Source: Puniceicoccales bacterium (GTDB lineage Bacteria > Verrucomicrobiota > Verrucomicrobiia > Opitutales > JAIRLM01). Taken from it: a DNA stretch of 64,000 nt. This document shows, one piece after another, positions 43,360 to 51,984 of the stretch. A model generated the notes under the pieces. The model was not told the origin of the DNA. It searched no databases and saw nothing but the letters and a program-made list of their open reading frames with translations. Location: the NCBI GenBank assembly GCA_031268315.1, contig JAIRXK010000021.1:8859-72858 (forward strand), read 5' to 3'. The translations under genes and the position numbers were made by a program. The number at the start of each line of letters is the position of its first letter. Position 1 is the first letter of the stretch.

Positions 43360-45114
43360 TTAAACATTGTGTAAGTTTCGCTTTCCCGCTACCCTACTCC
43401 TATGTAGAGCTTCTATAATTTTTTTTGCCGTTTTAAACTTTGCATTCAAAATACGTGCCACTGCTTCGAAATTCATTCGCATCACAATTTTCGCAATGTG
43501 CGTATCTCCTATTAGATCAAGAAAATGCGTTGCGTCCCCATCACTCATTTGCGCCAAAACTACAACAACTTCCCCTATTTGACCTTGCTTGCAGAGCTCA
43601 TTAGAAAACTTTCCGGCAGCATCATCGTTACCCGCTAAAACAAGCGCCATACTACTGGCCGGTATCAACATCGCAATTGATTTGATGCTTTGGCCGTTCA
43701 TTTCTGCTATGGCCTGTGCTTTTTCCTGTATCCCATCGAAAATGCCACTCACTATCTCGTTTTTACGTTGATTTCTTCCACCTACTAGGAGCTTGCTAAA
43801 AATTATCTCTCTAATATCGGTATTTTCATCTAAAATTGTCATTATAGTTAACACTATTTGTTCAGATGGCGTTCGCAATATGAGCACTTCAATTGGGTGG
43901 TCGTAATTTTTATTATTATTAATTATGCTACGTAAAACATCTGCCTTTAACGTAATTTTATTGAAAATATTAGATGCAATTTCCTCATCTTTCTCATCGA
44001 AGCGCCCTTCATCGTTCTCGCCATTAAATCGATGGTCATTACAGCGATTATGGCGCATATAATTGCAGAGATTAACAAAGATATATGCAACGACTCCCAT
44101 GTCCATACGGTGCGTATTAAGAACGCTTGCTTTTTGGGCGGGATCCATTAGCCTTATTGTCTTTAAAATTTTAGTATATCTCATCTCTCCCCTGCGCACA
44201 TCTTTTTTTATTTTAACATTACTGAGAGCCCCTGCCGCCACGTCTTTTTCCGGCATTTCTGTCAAAATCTTACCTGCTGCTACTTCCACATTGGCGCAGA
44301 GAAGCACCTCTAAAACAATTGTTGAAAAAATGCAATTTACACCCAAAATTTTCATAAATTTATCCCATAATTCGAGATCTTTCTGGGCTGCATTTACAAT
44401 TGCATTTATAATATTATCATTGTGCGCAATTCTTTCAAACATTTTCGCTATCACCCGCTTGTCATTCATTTCCACCAAAATATTTACCGCCCACAGTACG
44501 TTGTCATTTTCATATAGTTCCCTGAAAACATTTTCAGCGGCTCTAGCTTCATCTTCCAACGCTGTACCCTGGCGAAAATTCGCTCGGGCTTGATCATTTT
44601 TAAATTTTTCATTGAAATATTCTCTCCATAAAATTTGATCACACAGATCGTCCGGCTCGGAAATTTCGCAAATCACTTTTGCTATTTCGCTGTAACCCTT
44701 CCTTTGCACGATCACTTGAAAAGTTGTAAATTTTACCCCTTTCAAAATTTTCACTTTGTTAGTTAGCCTACCGAAAATTGTAGCTGCTTTTTCACGGTCA
44801 GGGAAATAACTACTGTCGCATAGCACGTTCAAAACATTACTTGCAGCTTTTCCGCTTTCATTTAAAATCAATATCAAGTCATCAACGATCATACTTTCAA
44901 CAACAATTGCAGTGCTATTGCGATTCATGCTCTCCAGAACTTTTCCTTTATTGCGTATTTCTTTATAAATATTAATTACTTCCTGCCTATTATTTTTATA
45001 TTGCTGATCATTACATTGTGACACATCGAAACATAGCGCATTTAAAATATTTCCCGCAAATTTCCCACCGCTATCGCCATTTAAAATACGGGATATGCAA
45101 TTGGCATCTACCAT
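43360..45114 (-). CDS. helical-repeat protein (same family)
   Basis: 584-aa ORF. Motifs GKFAGNILNALCFDV, GKAASNVLNVLCDSS, AAGKFSNELCKQGQIGEVVVVLAQM and KTAKKIIEALHRS. The start ATG is separated from the upstream ORF by only TAG + AAA, in the same frame. Confidence 0.8.
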   Translation of the reverse strand: MVDANCISRILNGDSGGKFAGNILNALCFDVSQCNDQQYKNNRQEVINIYKEIRNKGKVLESMNRNSTAIVVESMIVDDLILILNESGKAASNVLNVLCDSSYFPDREKAATIFGRLTNKVKILKGVKFTTFQVIVQRKGYSEIAKVICEISEPDDLCDQILWREYFNEKFKNDQARANFRQGTALEDEARAAENVFRELYENDNVLWAVNILVEMNDKRVIAKMFERIAHNDNIINAIVNAAQKDLELWDKFMKILGVNCIFSTIVLEVLLCANVEVAAGKILTEMPEKDVAAGALSNVKIKKDVRRGEMRYTKILKTIRLMDPAQKASVLNTHRMDMGVVAYIFVNLCNYMRHNRCNDHRFNGENDEGRFDEKDEEIASNIFNKITLKADVLRSIINNNKNYDHPIEVLILRTPSEQIVLTIMTILDENTDIREIIFSKLLVGGRNQRKNEIVSGIFDGIQEKAQAIAEMNGQSIKSIAMLIPASSMALVLAGNDDAAGKFSNELCKQGQIGEVVVVLAQMSDGDATHFLDLIGDTHIAKIVMRMNFEAVARILNAKFKTAKKIIEALHRSRVAGKRNLHNV

Positions 45115-45117
45115 TTT

Positions 45118-46458
45118 CTACAATTCATCCATTCGCACCCTTTGAATCTTTTGTCGCATTCGCAACGCATTTAAATTGGATCGCATTCGCAGCACAAGTC
45201 CATTCCTTTTCCCGTCAGCACTTGCCGTCGATAGGGCCGCTGCCGCGATTACTTCCACGGGTATCGTATTTAAAAAATTAATTGTCAGTTCTTCTTCGCC
45301 GTCTTCAGTGAGCGTCCTTAGAACATTTGCTATAATTTTGAAATCCTTTTGCAAGTTTTTCAATATGAATTTATGCATCGACAAAGGGTCTACGCCATCA
45401 CCATTGCAGTCGGCATTCTTCTTCTGCTCCTCCAACATTGATGCAGCGATCGCTAAAATCCCCCTGCTATCCGGTGCTTTCTCCATGATGATGCTTCTGT
45501 AATCGCGCACATTGCTATCTTCGTCAACGTATTGCCTTTTTTGCTCTGAAATTGCTTTCCAAAGAAACATTGCCCTCTCTTTATAAATATTTCTTTCAAG
45601 TTTTAAATCGTCATTATTGCCACTATTTGGCTGATTCCATTCCTCATCTAATTTTTCCTTGCGTTCATCATCCGACAATGCGTCATACTGCTCATCCGCA
45701 AATTTACTACACCCACTACTAAATAATTCAATGCATTTTTCTTTAATAAATGCATTAAACTGATCATTGTTGGATTGATCACAACCCAAATAGCTTAGAT
45801 ATAGTGATCCAAGAATTTTCCCAACGGCAGCAGGATTTTCCACCATCATATTGGCTAATTTCTTCTCAGGTACTACCTTTGCTATCGTAATAATGACATT
45901 GTTTTTTGCTCCCAGGATAGATTTAAGAAATATTCCGTATCCTATTCCATTGTTAAGAATACAACTACTCAACATTTCTTCCCCATCTCTGCCATTGGCG
46001 CATAGCGCCTCTAAAATCTTTCCCATAACTTTGATGCGTGTTTCATCCGGTTTATCAGACGAACATAATTTTCGAAAAAATGCTGCTACGCCATTGAGTT
46101 TCATTTTTGATAGCATCATATTAACGGCATTGCTGCTCATTTTTTCAATACCCATTATTTGATCTTTCATTCCAGCAAAAAGATCACACATTATTTGTGT
46201 ATTATTTACACTATTGCAATTGCGCAATTTTCCAAAAGTGGATTCAATTAAATCATGACGCTCATTCAAAGCAGAGAATATTAGATAAGCATAACTCCAT
46301 CCAAAGCGCTTATCGCTGCGACCCGCTATTGTTGCAATGCTACTGCCATTCATAGCCGCGAGAACATTGCCGTTGCGGAATTCAGTAGGTCCTTCGTTAC
46401 AAATTTCAAATGCTTTTACTATTCGCTCCTCTTCATTGCTTTTAGGGTCATCCGCCAA
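45118..46458 (-). CDS. helical-repeat protein (same family)
   Basis: 446-aa ORF. Motifs KVMGKILEALCANGRDGEE and AAVGKILGSLYLS. The only available start is TTG 46458. The frame is open upstream (..IINILL). Confidence 0.7.
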   Translation of the reverse strand: MADDPKSNEEERIVKAFEICNEGPTEFRNGNVLAAMNGSSIATIAGRSDKRFGWSYAYLIFSALNERHDLIESTFGKLRNCNSVNNTQIMCDLFAGMKDQIMGIEKMSSNAVNMMLSKMKLNGVAAFFRKLCSSDKPDETRIKVMGKILEALCANGRDGEEMLSSCILNNGIGYGIFLKSILGAKNNVIITIAKVVPEKKLANMMVENPAAVGKILGSLYLSYLGCDQSNNDQFNAFIKEKCIELFSSGCSKFADEQYDALSDDERKEKLDEEWNQPNSGNNDDLKLERNIYKERAMFLWKAISEQKRQYVDEDSNVRDYRSIIMEKAPDSRGILAIAASMLEEQKKNADCNGDGVDPLSMHKFILKNLQKDFKIIANVLRTLTEDGEEELTINFLNTIPVEVIAAAALSTASADGKRNGLVLRMRSNLNALRMRQKIQRVRMDEL

Positions 46459-46466
46459 AAGGATAT

Positions 46467-46970
46467 TTATAATCCTTCCACGGCTTTCCGTCCTTGCCCT
46501 ATGTCAAATTTATAATCGCCTAAATCGCGATACATGTCGGCCGCCACTTCCAGTAATTTATCATCATAATTTCCTACTGCATCCTTTGCGCATAGCGCTG
46601 TTAAAATCTTTTTAATATCATCGATATTTTCTTTATTCATGCGCACACATGCACCGTTCACTTTTCCATGATTTATGCAAGCTTTTCTGCCATATATGCC
46701 CACCATAATTTCAATAATGCTCTTATTGCATATTCGTGAAAAGAATTTTATATTCCGCCCAAGCAATGCCCGAAAAATCACATCCACTGCACTACTCTCA
46801 ATTAAAGAATACCGAGCACTATCCGCTCGAAGGCTATCTATCGCTTTCACTTTTACATCTCTGCATAGCCACAGCAAAATTTCTTCCACAGTTTCATCGC
46901 CCGCTTTTAAAATCAAATCCGCCGTCTGGGAGCTCATCGAATAGTCGCGCTCAATCCCATTAAAACTCAT
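46467..46970 (-). CDS. helical-repeat protein (same family), small
   Basis: 167 aa. Motifs DETVEEILLWLCRD and IKKILTALCAKDAVGN. ATGA start/stop overlap with the upstream ORF. Confidence 0.7.
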   Translation of the reverse strand: MSFNGIERDYSMSSQTADLILKAGDETVEEILLWLCRDVKVKAIDSLRADSARYSLIESSAVDVIFRALLGRNIKFFSRICNKSIIEIMVGIYGRKACINHGKVNGACVRMNKENIDDIKKILTALCAKDAVGNYDDKLLEVAADMYRDLGDYKFDIGQGRKAVEGL

Positions 46971-47368
46971 TTTTTTAGAATTTCTATGACTAAAGTCGCC
47001 ATTTTATCCCGCTTTGCACTGTCAATTTCGCCGTCCCTATGCTCACATAGCGCCATTAAAACTTCTGTAGCGACTTCGGCATTTTGTTCTAAGGCCAAAA
47101 CTATGAGATCAAGGTCCGATACTTGATCACTGTCGCCATTTAAAGCCTTCAAAATGTCCGCCACCAATGCAGATTTAGAGGCATTGGCAGCTGTGCGATT
47201 TTCGTCTCCGCCGCTACCCGCCGGCGACAACAGCAGATTCGGAATCTGCGTTTCAACTTGAGCACTTAATCCCGAACCTGACGGGCCATTAGCCCCGCTG
47301 GAGAGACCACCGATGCCGCTTTTCACTGGGAAAGAATTGGGAGTAGAATTACTCGTAGAATTAACCAT
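46967..47368 (-). CDS. first ORF of the string: disordered S/G/N-rich N-terminus + one repeat unit
   Basis: 133 aa: MVNSTSNSTPNSFPVKSGIGGLSSGANGPSGSG... then ALEQNAEVATEVLMALCEHRDGE. Confidence 0.7.
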   Translation of the reverse strand: MVNSTSNSTPNSFPVKSGIGGLSSGANGPSGSGLSAQVETQIPNLLLSPAGSGGDENRTAANASKSALVADILKALNGDSDQVSDLDLIVLALEQNAEVATEVLMALCEHRDGEIDSAKRDKMATLVIEILKK

Positions 47369-47376
47369 ATTGCGCT

Positions 47377-47407
47377 AGTGCATGAAATATTTGCCAGCTG
47401 CCAATGG
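47377..47407 (-). promoter_or_regulatory. putative promoter/operator of the 47368-39987 string (motif shared with 17881-17914)
   Basis: The minus strand reads tttCCATTGGCAGCTGGCAAATatttcaTGCACTagcgcaatATG. -35 TTGGCA at 47399-47404. Imperfect inverted repeat TTTCCA-N8-TGGCAA. Weak -10. The ATG starts 9 nt after the -10. Confidence 0.4.
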
Positions 47408-47631
47408 AAAATTATGATGCGCAGGAAAAAGCTTTTATGCCCTCGGATGGAGCGGACTATCGCCGCACCACCCGCAATGTTTCTTCAGTTAAAGCAACGC
47501 TTTGACGGCGCCATTAGCCGCTTTAATGTTGTTCAGAATGCATTGGCATTGTGCGCAGCAGGCACAATTTTCTTCGGGAAGTGACTTTTTTACCGAGGCA
47601 ATGGCACGCAAAGCCCCATCGATGCCATCTT

Positions 47632-48342
47632 TCAATTGTTCGATATTTTTCCGCCGACATTGCCCCCTTCTTCTACACTTTGAAACAGTAATGCCTCCCA
47701 GCCGGATCTCCTATCGCGGAGTGATGGTTTTACATCATCATTAATCGTTACATTTAATTGGTCAATTGATTTTCCAAATTCTACGATTTCTCCTTTCACT
47801 TCTTCGTCGATACGAGCCCAACTATCATGGCTCTGAATTTTTTCCAAGCGCATCTTTAAAGCGCTACTTTCTTTGTTTAGACTGGTTAATTTTGTTTGAA
47901 GTTGAAAAAGCTCCAGCGCCTTACTGCCATTGGCATAGCTCGCCTTGCGTGTTAGATAGTAGTGCCTTGCAACGGTTATAATCGCTGCCACTACCGCCGA
48001 TATAACTAGGAGAATACCGACGCTCACAGCAATGCCGACGGCAATGTGCATGGACAGTATAAATGCGACCATCGCCGCTGCCGCCGGATGACATACCAAC
48101 GAGATCAACCTGACCACCAATATGGCCACATCAAAAACTACGGAAGTCGCCCACAAAAAAAAGCGGAAATTTGAGCTGGCGCTCTTTCCGCTGATTTTTG
48201 GGATAAACTCAGAAAAAAGAAGCTCCGAGACGGAACACGGATTGCACTCATTATTGGCAGAAAGATCGAAATTTGCATTGACAACATTCTGCATCCCACT
48301 CAATGAGATATTTTCATTATTTAAAATATTTTCTCCTTCCAT
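47632..48342 (-). CDS. Inc-like membrane protein (hydrophobic domain + coiled-coil tail)
   Basis: 236 aa. FFLWATSVVFDVAILVVRLISLVCHPAAAAMVAFILSMHIAVGIAVSVGILLVISAVVAAIITV, followed by LELFQLQTKLTSLNKESSALKMRLEKIQ. Confidence 0.75.
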   Translation of the reverse strand: MEGENILNNENISLSGMQNVVNANFDLSANNECNPCSVSELLFSEFIPKISGKSASSNFRFFLWATSVVFDVAILVVRLISLVCHPAAAAMVAFILSMHIAVGIAVSVGILLVISAVVAAIITVARHYYLTRKASYANGSKALELFQLQTKLTSLNKESSALKMRLEKIQSHDSWARIDEEVKGEIVEFGKSIDQLNVTINDDVKPSLRDRRSGWEALLFQSVEEGGNVGGKISNN

Positions 48343-48347
48343 ATTAC

Positions 48348-48376
48348 ATTTTACGAAAAAACTTAATGAAAATCAA
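48348..48376 (-). promoter_or_regulatory. putative promoter, leaderless geometry
   Basis: The minus strand reads TTGATT (48371-48376), 17 nt, TAAAAT (48348-48353), gtaat, then ATG (48342). Confidence 0.45.
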
Positions 48377-48556
48377 TGTAAAAATAAAAATTTGGCACAT
48401 TTAATGCGAAGTGTCTACGCAGTAGACTGATGCGAAAATTGTTGAAATGAATTCCCCCTGCGCCAATCCCCCACGGCAAAGCAGGCAAGTGCGGCCGCCG
48501 ATGAAACGCCCATTGCCACCGCCAACGCATGTTCGGCGGCCTCCATTTTTGTGCAG

Positions 48557-48702
48557 ATCGCAAAATTATCGAAAAGTTTTTGGGGTAAAATTATCGCGCT
48601 TTCATTCGCCTAGAGCCACATTCTCAGCCATTTGCGCGAGTGTTTTGGCTGTAAATTTAGGACGTTAAACCGGTGAAGAAATTTTGCGATTCGCGTCATT
48701 GA
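48557..48702. repeat. intergenic repeat family, copy B
   Basis: See 4147-4322. Its 3' end overlaps the last codons of the 48665-49468 gene on the opposite strand. Confidence 0.75.
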
Positions 48703-49468
48703 TTATTTTCTTACATGCACTCAGTGCCTCATATGCTTCTTTCCATGCGGTACTGACATCATTTTCATTAGGAGAATTCTGGGAGGGATCTTTTTTTTGT
48801 TTCTTTCTCGCACTTTTGACTTTTTCTGCTTCATTTGATAACTTTGAAAAACATTTTTGTAAATTTTGAAAGGATTCCATCAATTTATCGAAATCATCAC
48901 TGTCCTCTAATGCATTATTGTTTAACTTCGATATATCTTCGGTATTTTGGTTGATTGCGTCAAAATTATTATTTATATGATCCTTGCAATATCTCGTATT
49001 GAATTTATTAATTTCAGTGAAGGTAAATTTAATTTCTCTATTTATATTTTCATAGTTGTGGCGTTCTGCTCGGAATCCGAGTTGGCGATCGGATGAATAG
49101 ATAGATTTTAATATATCTTCAATTCGAATGGCAATATCGCTAGACGCTTTCTGGGCACTAAAATCAAAAAAGCTTACAATAAATTTAATGGATTCAAATC
49201 CAAAATAGATAAATATGAAAATGAAAGCAATGCCAAAAACAATAGGTCCTAACAGTGGTATTAATGGCGCTGCGAGGACGAGAAATAAGAAGATTATGCA
49301 ATCAATAACGAACATGCCAATAATTGTAATGGCGGAGAAAAAAATAGCAGATAGCACATCTGTAACGGTAACTTTCTCTTCAAAAAAAGGCTTTCCATTG
49401 GACAAAGGTAGCGGTGAATCCGTGGAATCTTGCGGACGGGACCGAAGAGCAGGAAAATCGCCAGACAT
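48665..49468 (-). CDS. Inc-like membrane protein (bilobed hydrophobic domain + N/D/K-rich helical tail)
   Basis: VLSAIFFSAITIIGMFVIDCIIFLFLVLAAPLIPLLGPIVFGIAFIFIFIYFGF. I prefer the ATG at 49468 (MSGDFPALRS). The TTG at 49507 in the ORF track coincides with a -35 hexamer. Confidence 0.75.
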   Translation of the reverse strand: MSGDFPALRSRPQDSTDSPLPLSNGKPFFEEKVTVTDVLSAIFFSAITIIGMFVIDCIIFLFLVLAAPLIPLLGPIVFGIAFIFIFIYFGFESIKFIVSFFDFSAQKASSDIAIRIEDILKSIYSSDRQLGFRAERHNYENINREIKFTFTEINKFNTRYCKDHINNNFDAINQNTEDISKLNNNALEDSDDFDKLMESFQNLQKCFSKLSNEAEKVKSARKKQKKDPSQNSPNENDVSTAWKEAYEALSACKKIINDANRKISSPV

Positions 49469-49479
49469 AGCAATTGCTA

Positions 49480-49507
49480 ATTCTATGTGAATTTCGAAGT
49501 ATTTCAA
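49480..49507 (-). promoter_or_regulatory. putative promoter
   Basis: The minus strand reads TTGAAA (49502-49507), 16 nt, TAGAAT (49480-49485). The ATG is 11 nt downstream. Confidence 0.5.
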
Positions 49508-49553
49508 TAAATTTTTTAAAAATATTTACTCCGACTGCATAAACGGTTTATCA

Positions 49554-49656
49554 TTCAAAAACGCCCCCTCATTGGGACTGCAATCACAAAATTATCGCGC
49601 TTTCGTTCGCCTAGAGCCGCATTCGCAACCATTTACATGGGTGCCTTGGCCGTAAA
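49554..49656. repeat. intergenic repeat family, copy C (lacks the 3' portion seen in copies A and B)
   Basis: ttcaaaaacgccccctcattgggactgcaatcacaaaattatcgcgctttcgttcgcctagagccgcattc... It ends about 30 nt from the 3' end of tRNA-Leu. Confidence 0.75.
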
Positions 49657-49688
49657 GAGAGTAAATGCCCAAGGGAAGTGAACGATTC

Positions 49689-49776
<88 letters not shown>

Positions 49777-49951
49777 TCACGCGTCACTTTTGGGGCGATG
49801 TCCCACCGCAACCATTGCGATGATACCCATGCCCCGTTGGACGCCCTTTTGTAGTTTGCAGCATGCGGAATGCAAGGGAAATTTAAAATATTTTTCTGCG
49901 GAGCGAAAAAAAGATTTACATTTGGATTATTTTGTCCATTCTTGGTGTGTA

Positions 49952-51943
49952 ATGGAAGTAGAGAACAGCTGTCCTTCAAAGTTGTCCACCCTCGGTGGGC
50001 AAGAAAATGAGAAATCCATCTCAAATATGAAAATGTGGATCGGCGTAGCTACCGTGGCCGTCGCCATTCTGTGCGTTGCATCGGCCATCGTCGCCTATGT
50101 CACCTGTGCCTCCGTGATCAATTCCGTTGCAATTGCAGTGCTCGTGATCACCGCCGTTTTGACCACCGTGGGGTGCATTGCCCTGCTCATACTGCCAACG
50201 GACAAAAAATCGCAGCAACCTCTGCAGTCGCCTTCCACCCACTCCTCCTCCACTGAGGATTTGCTGAGGAACCTAAAAAATAATCTGCCACCAGTAGAAA
50301 TGTCCAAAAAATTGCCCGATTGTCCACCAAGCCAAGAGGAAAATTCATCCGAAATCCCAGAGAGCGCCACCCCTTCACTCCATGAATACAAGACAGTTTC
50401 TAGCAATACTTTAGAACTCTTAAAACGCTTTGCCCAAGAGGTCTATCCATGCAAAAAAGATCAAAGTGGCATTGCAGGTATTACCAATGATCTTAAATCG
50501 CTCTCAGAAGACGACATTACAGCCTTTTTTGAGAGCCAATTCACAGGAAGCGCGGAGGGAAATACACCGGTCCATTGCCTAATGCTGCTGGTCAATACTG
50601 CCACCAGTAAGGCCTTCGTGGATGCCATAGTTGCATGCGGCGAAAATTCAGCAATTTATGGCTGCTTTTTCAAAGCATTTCTCACGGCACGGAATAACCA
50701 CGGGCTTACCCCCATGGCGTCCCTATGCGGCCATTGCAGAAATCTCGATTTCTTCAAGTGCATGATGAGAAATGCCACCGCACTGATTAAAAATGGCATC
50801 GTAACATCTGAGTGTGTGGTCGACTGCATGGCATGGAATTATGTCGAAGAAATAGTCGCAATAAGCAGCCATGTAAGGGAAACGATATTTTCTATTTTAG
50901 CTTCTAGATACTATTGCTATAAACTCGATGAAGATGAAGATGCGGCATCATTTCTCGATGGGATATACGCCGAAATATTAAACTTCATGGATGCGTTGGG
51001 TACGCCAAGTAATTTAGATCAATTTCTTTCTGAAAAACAAGGCTTTCTCAGTTGCGATCCATCGGTAGTAAAAAATGCCTTAATCTTTGCGGAGAGAAAC
51101 GAGAATAACGGGAAAAAAATTGCCGAAATATTAGGAAAAATAGCGACACTTGAAAACTTACCAAGAACATGTTCTGTGATATTTAGAGCAGCATTTGGTG
51201 ATGCTCCAACGTTCAAGCCCAAAAACTATCGCTTACCTGTGCCCTATCAGCCCCACCGCTCATTCTTCAACAATTTCATTGAAAAATTCATTGCAGCAGT
51301 AGATAAAAAAAGCGAAAAAGAAATCATGCAAATTTTCGCAGAAAAATTCCACGGAGAAACGATCCACGAATGCGTGAAGATGGGTGTCACTACGGCCCCA
51401 TGGACAGAATTAATAGCCGCCGTGAATAAGTGTGGGCAAGAGTCAATCATTTATAAGCACTTTTTCCTTGAATTTATAAGACAAAAGGATCCGTGGTGGG
51501 AAGGGAAGATATTGCACGGCCTAAACATTGATATGTTTGGTGATGTTTTGCTCGCACTGAAAATAATGGCCAAATCAGATCCCCCCAAATCCGAGATAGC
51601 CAGTCTTATGTTCGACTGCAATGAGACGTCATTTTTATCAATCTACATGCACCATCAATTTCCCACTGACCCCAACCGCGTAAAAAAACTCGAAACACTG
51701 CTAGACTTCGCCGGAGAAATTCTATCGGCGGATCAGCTGGAAAATCTTTTGTTTACCTACAAAAGCAATTTCAACATGCCATTTAATTATAATGGTAAAT
51801 TTCTCAACTCGACTGCGTTTTATATGCTGCATTATAAAGGCGGTATTCAACTTAAAAATAAAATCCTTTCGCTCATAGAAAAGACAAGTGAACCCCATAA
51901 AACACGCATGGCGAATGCAATGAAAAATTTAAGCTCCACCTAA
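49952..51943 (+). CDS. Inc-like membrane protein with N-proximal bilobed hydrophobic domain and internally duplicated C-terminal domain
   Basis: WIGVATVAVAILCVASAIVAYVTCASVINSVAIAVLVITAVLTTVGCIALLIL. The start is ATG 49952 or 50027. The ATG at 49790 in the ORF track begins only 17 nt from the tRNA-Leu gene, so I consider it too early. Internal duplication: CGENSAIYGCFFKAFL versus CGQESIIYKHFFLEFI. Confidence 0.75.
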   Translation: MEVENSCPSKLSTLGGQENEKSISNMKMWIGVATVAVAILCVASAIVAYVTCASVINSVAIAVLVITAVLTTVGCIALLILPTDKKSQQPLQSPSTHSSSTEDLLRNLKNNLPPVEMSKKLPDCPPSQEENSSEIPESATPSLHEYKTVSSNTLELLKRFAQEVYPCKKDQSGIAGITNDLKSLSEDDITAFFESQFTGSAEGNTPVHCLMLLVNTATSKAFVDAIVACGENSAIYGCFFKAFLTARNNHGLTPMASLCGHCRNLDFFKCMMRNATALIKNGIVTSECVVDCMAWNYVEEIVAISSHVRETIFSILASRYYCYKLDEDEDAASFLDGIYAEILNFMDALGTPSNLDQFLSEKQGFLSCDPSVVKNALIFAERNENNGKKIAEILGKIATLENLPRTCSVIFRAAFGDAPTFKPKNYRLPVPYQPHRSFFNNFIEKFIAAVDKKSEKEIMQIFAEKFHGETIHECVKMGVTTAPWTELIAAVNKCGQESIIYKHFFLEFIRQKDPWWEGKILHGLNIDMFGDVLLALKIMAKSDPPKSEIASLMFDCNETSFLSIYMHHQFPTDPNRVKKLETLLDFAGEILSADQLENLLFTYKSNFNMPFNYNGKFLNSTAFYMLHYKGGIQLKNKILSLIEKTSEPHKTRMANAMKNLSST

Positions 51944-51984
51944 ATCCTCCAGCGGCAAAAAAAGGGGGACCCAGTTGCCGACAA

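Noticed and set aside
45118-45120. Genome-wide TAG reassignment or read-through as the explanation for the in-frame TAG
   Set aside because: TAG terminates three ordinary genes at sensible positions (744-746, 54615-54617, 55637-55639). A global recoding is therefore unlikely, although local read-through cannot be excluded.
39987-47368. Explaining all junction frameshifts as homopolymer sequencing errors
   Set aside because: This explanation is only partly rejected. The adjacent 15.7-kb and 8.3-kb AT-rich ORFs contain many A7-A8 and T7 runs and are intact. In addition, one junction is a base substitution (TAG), not an indel. Read-level verification is still required.
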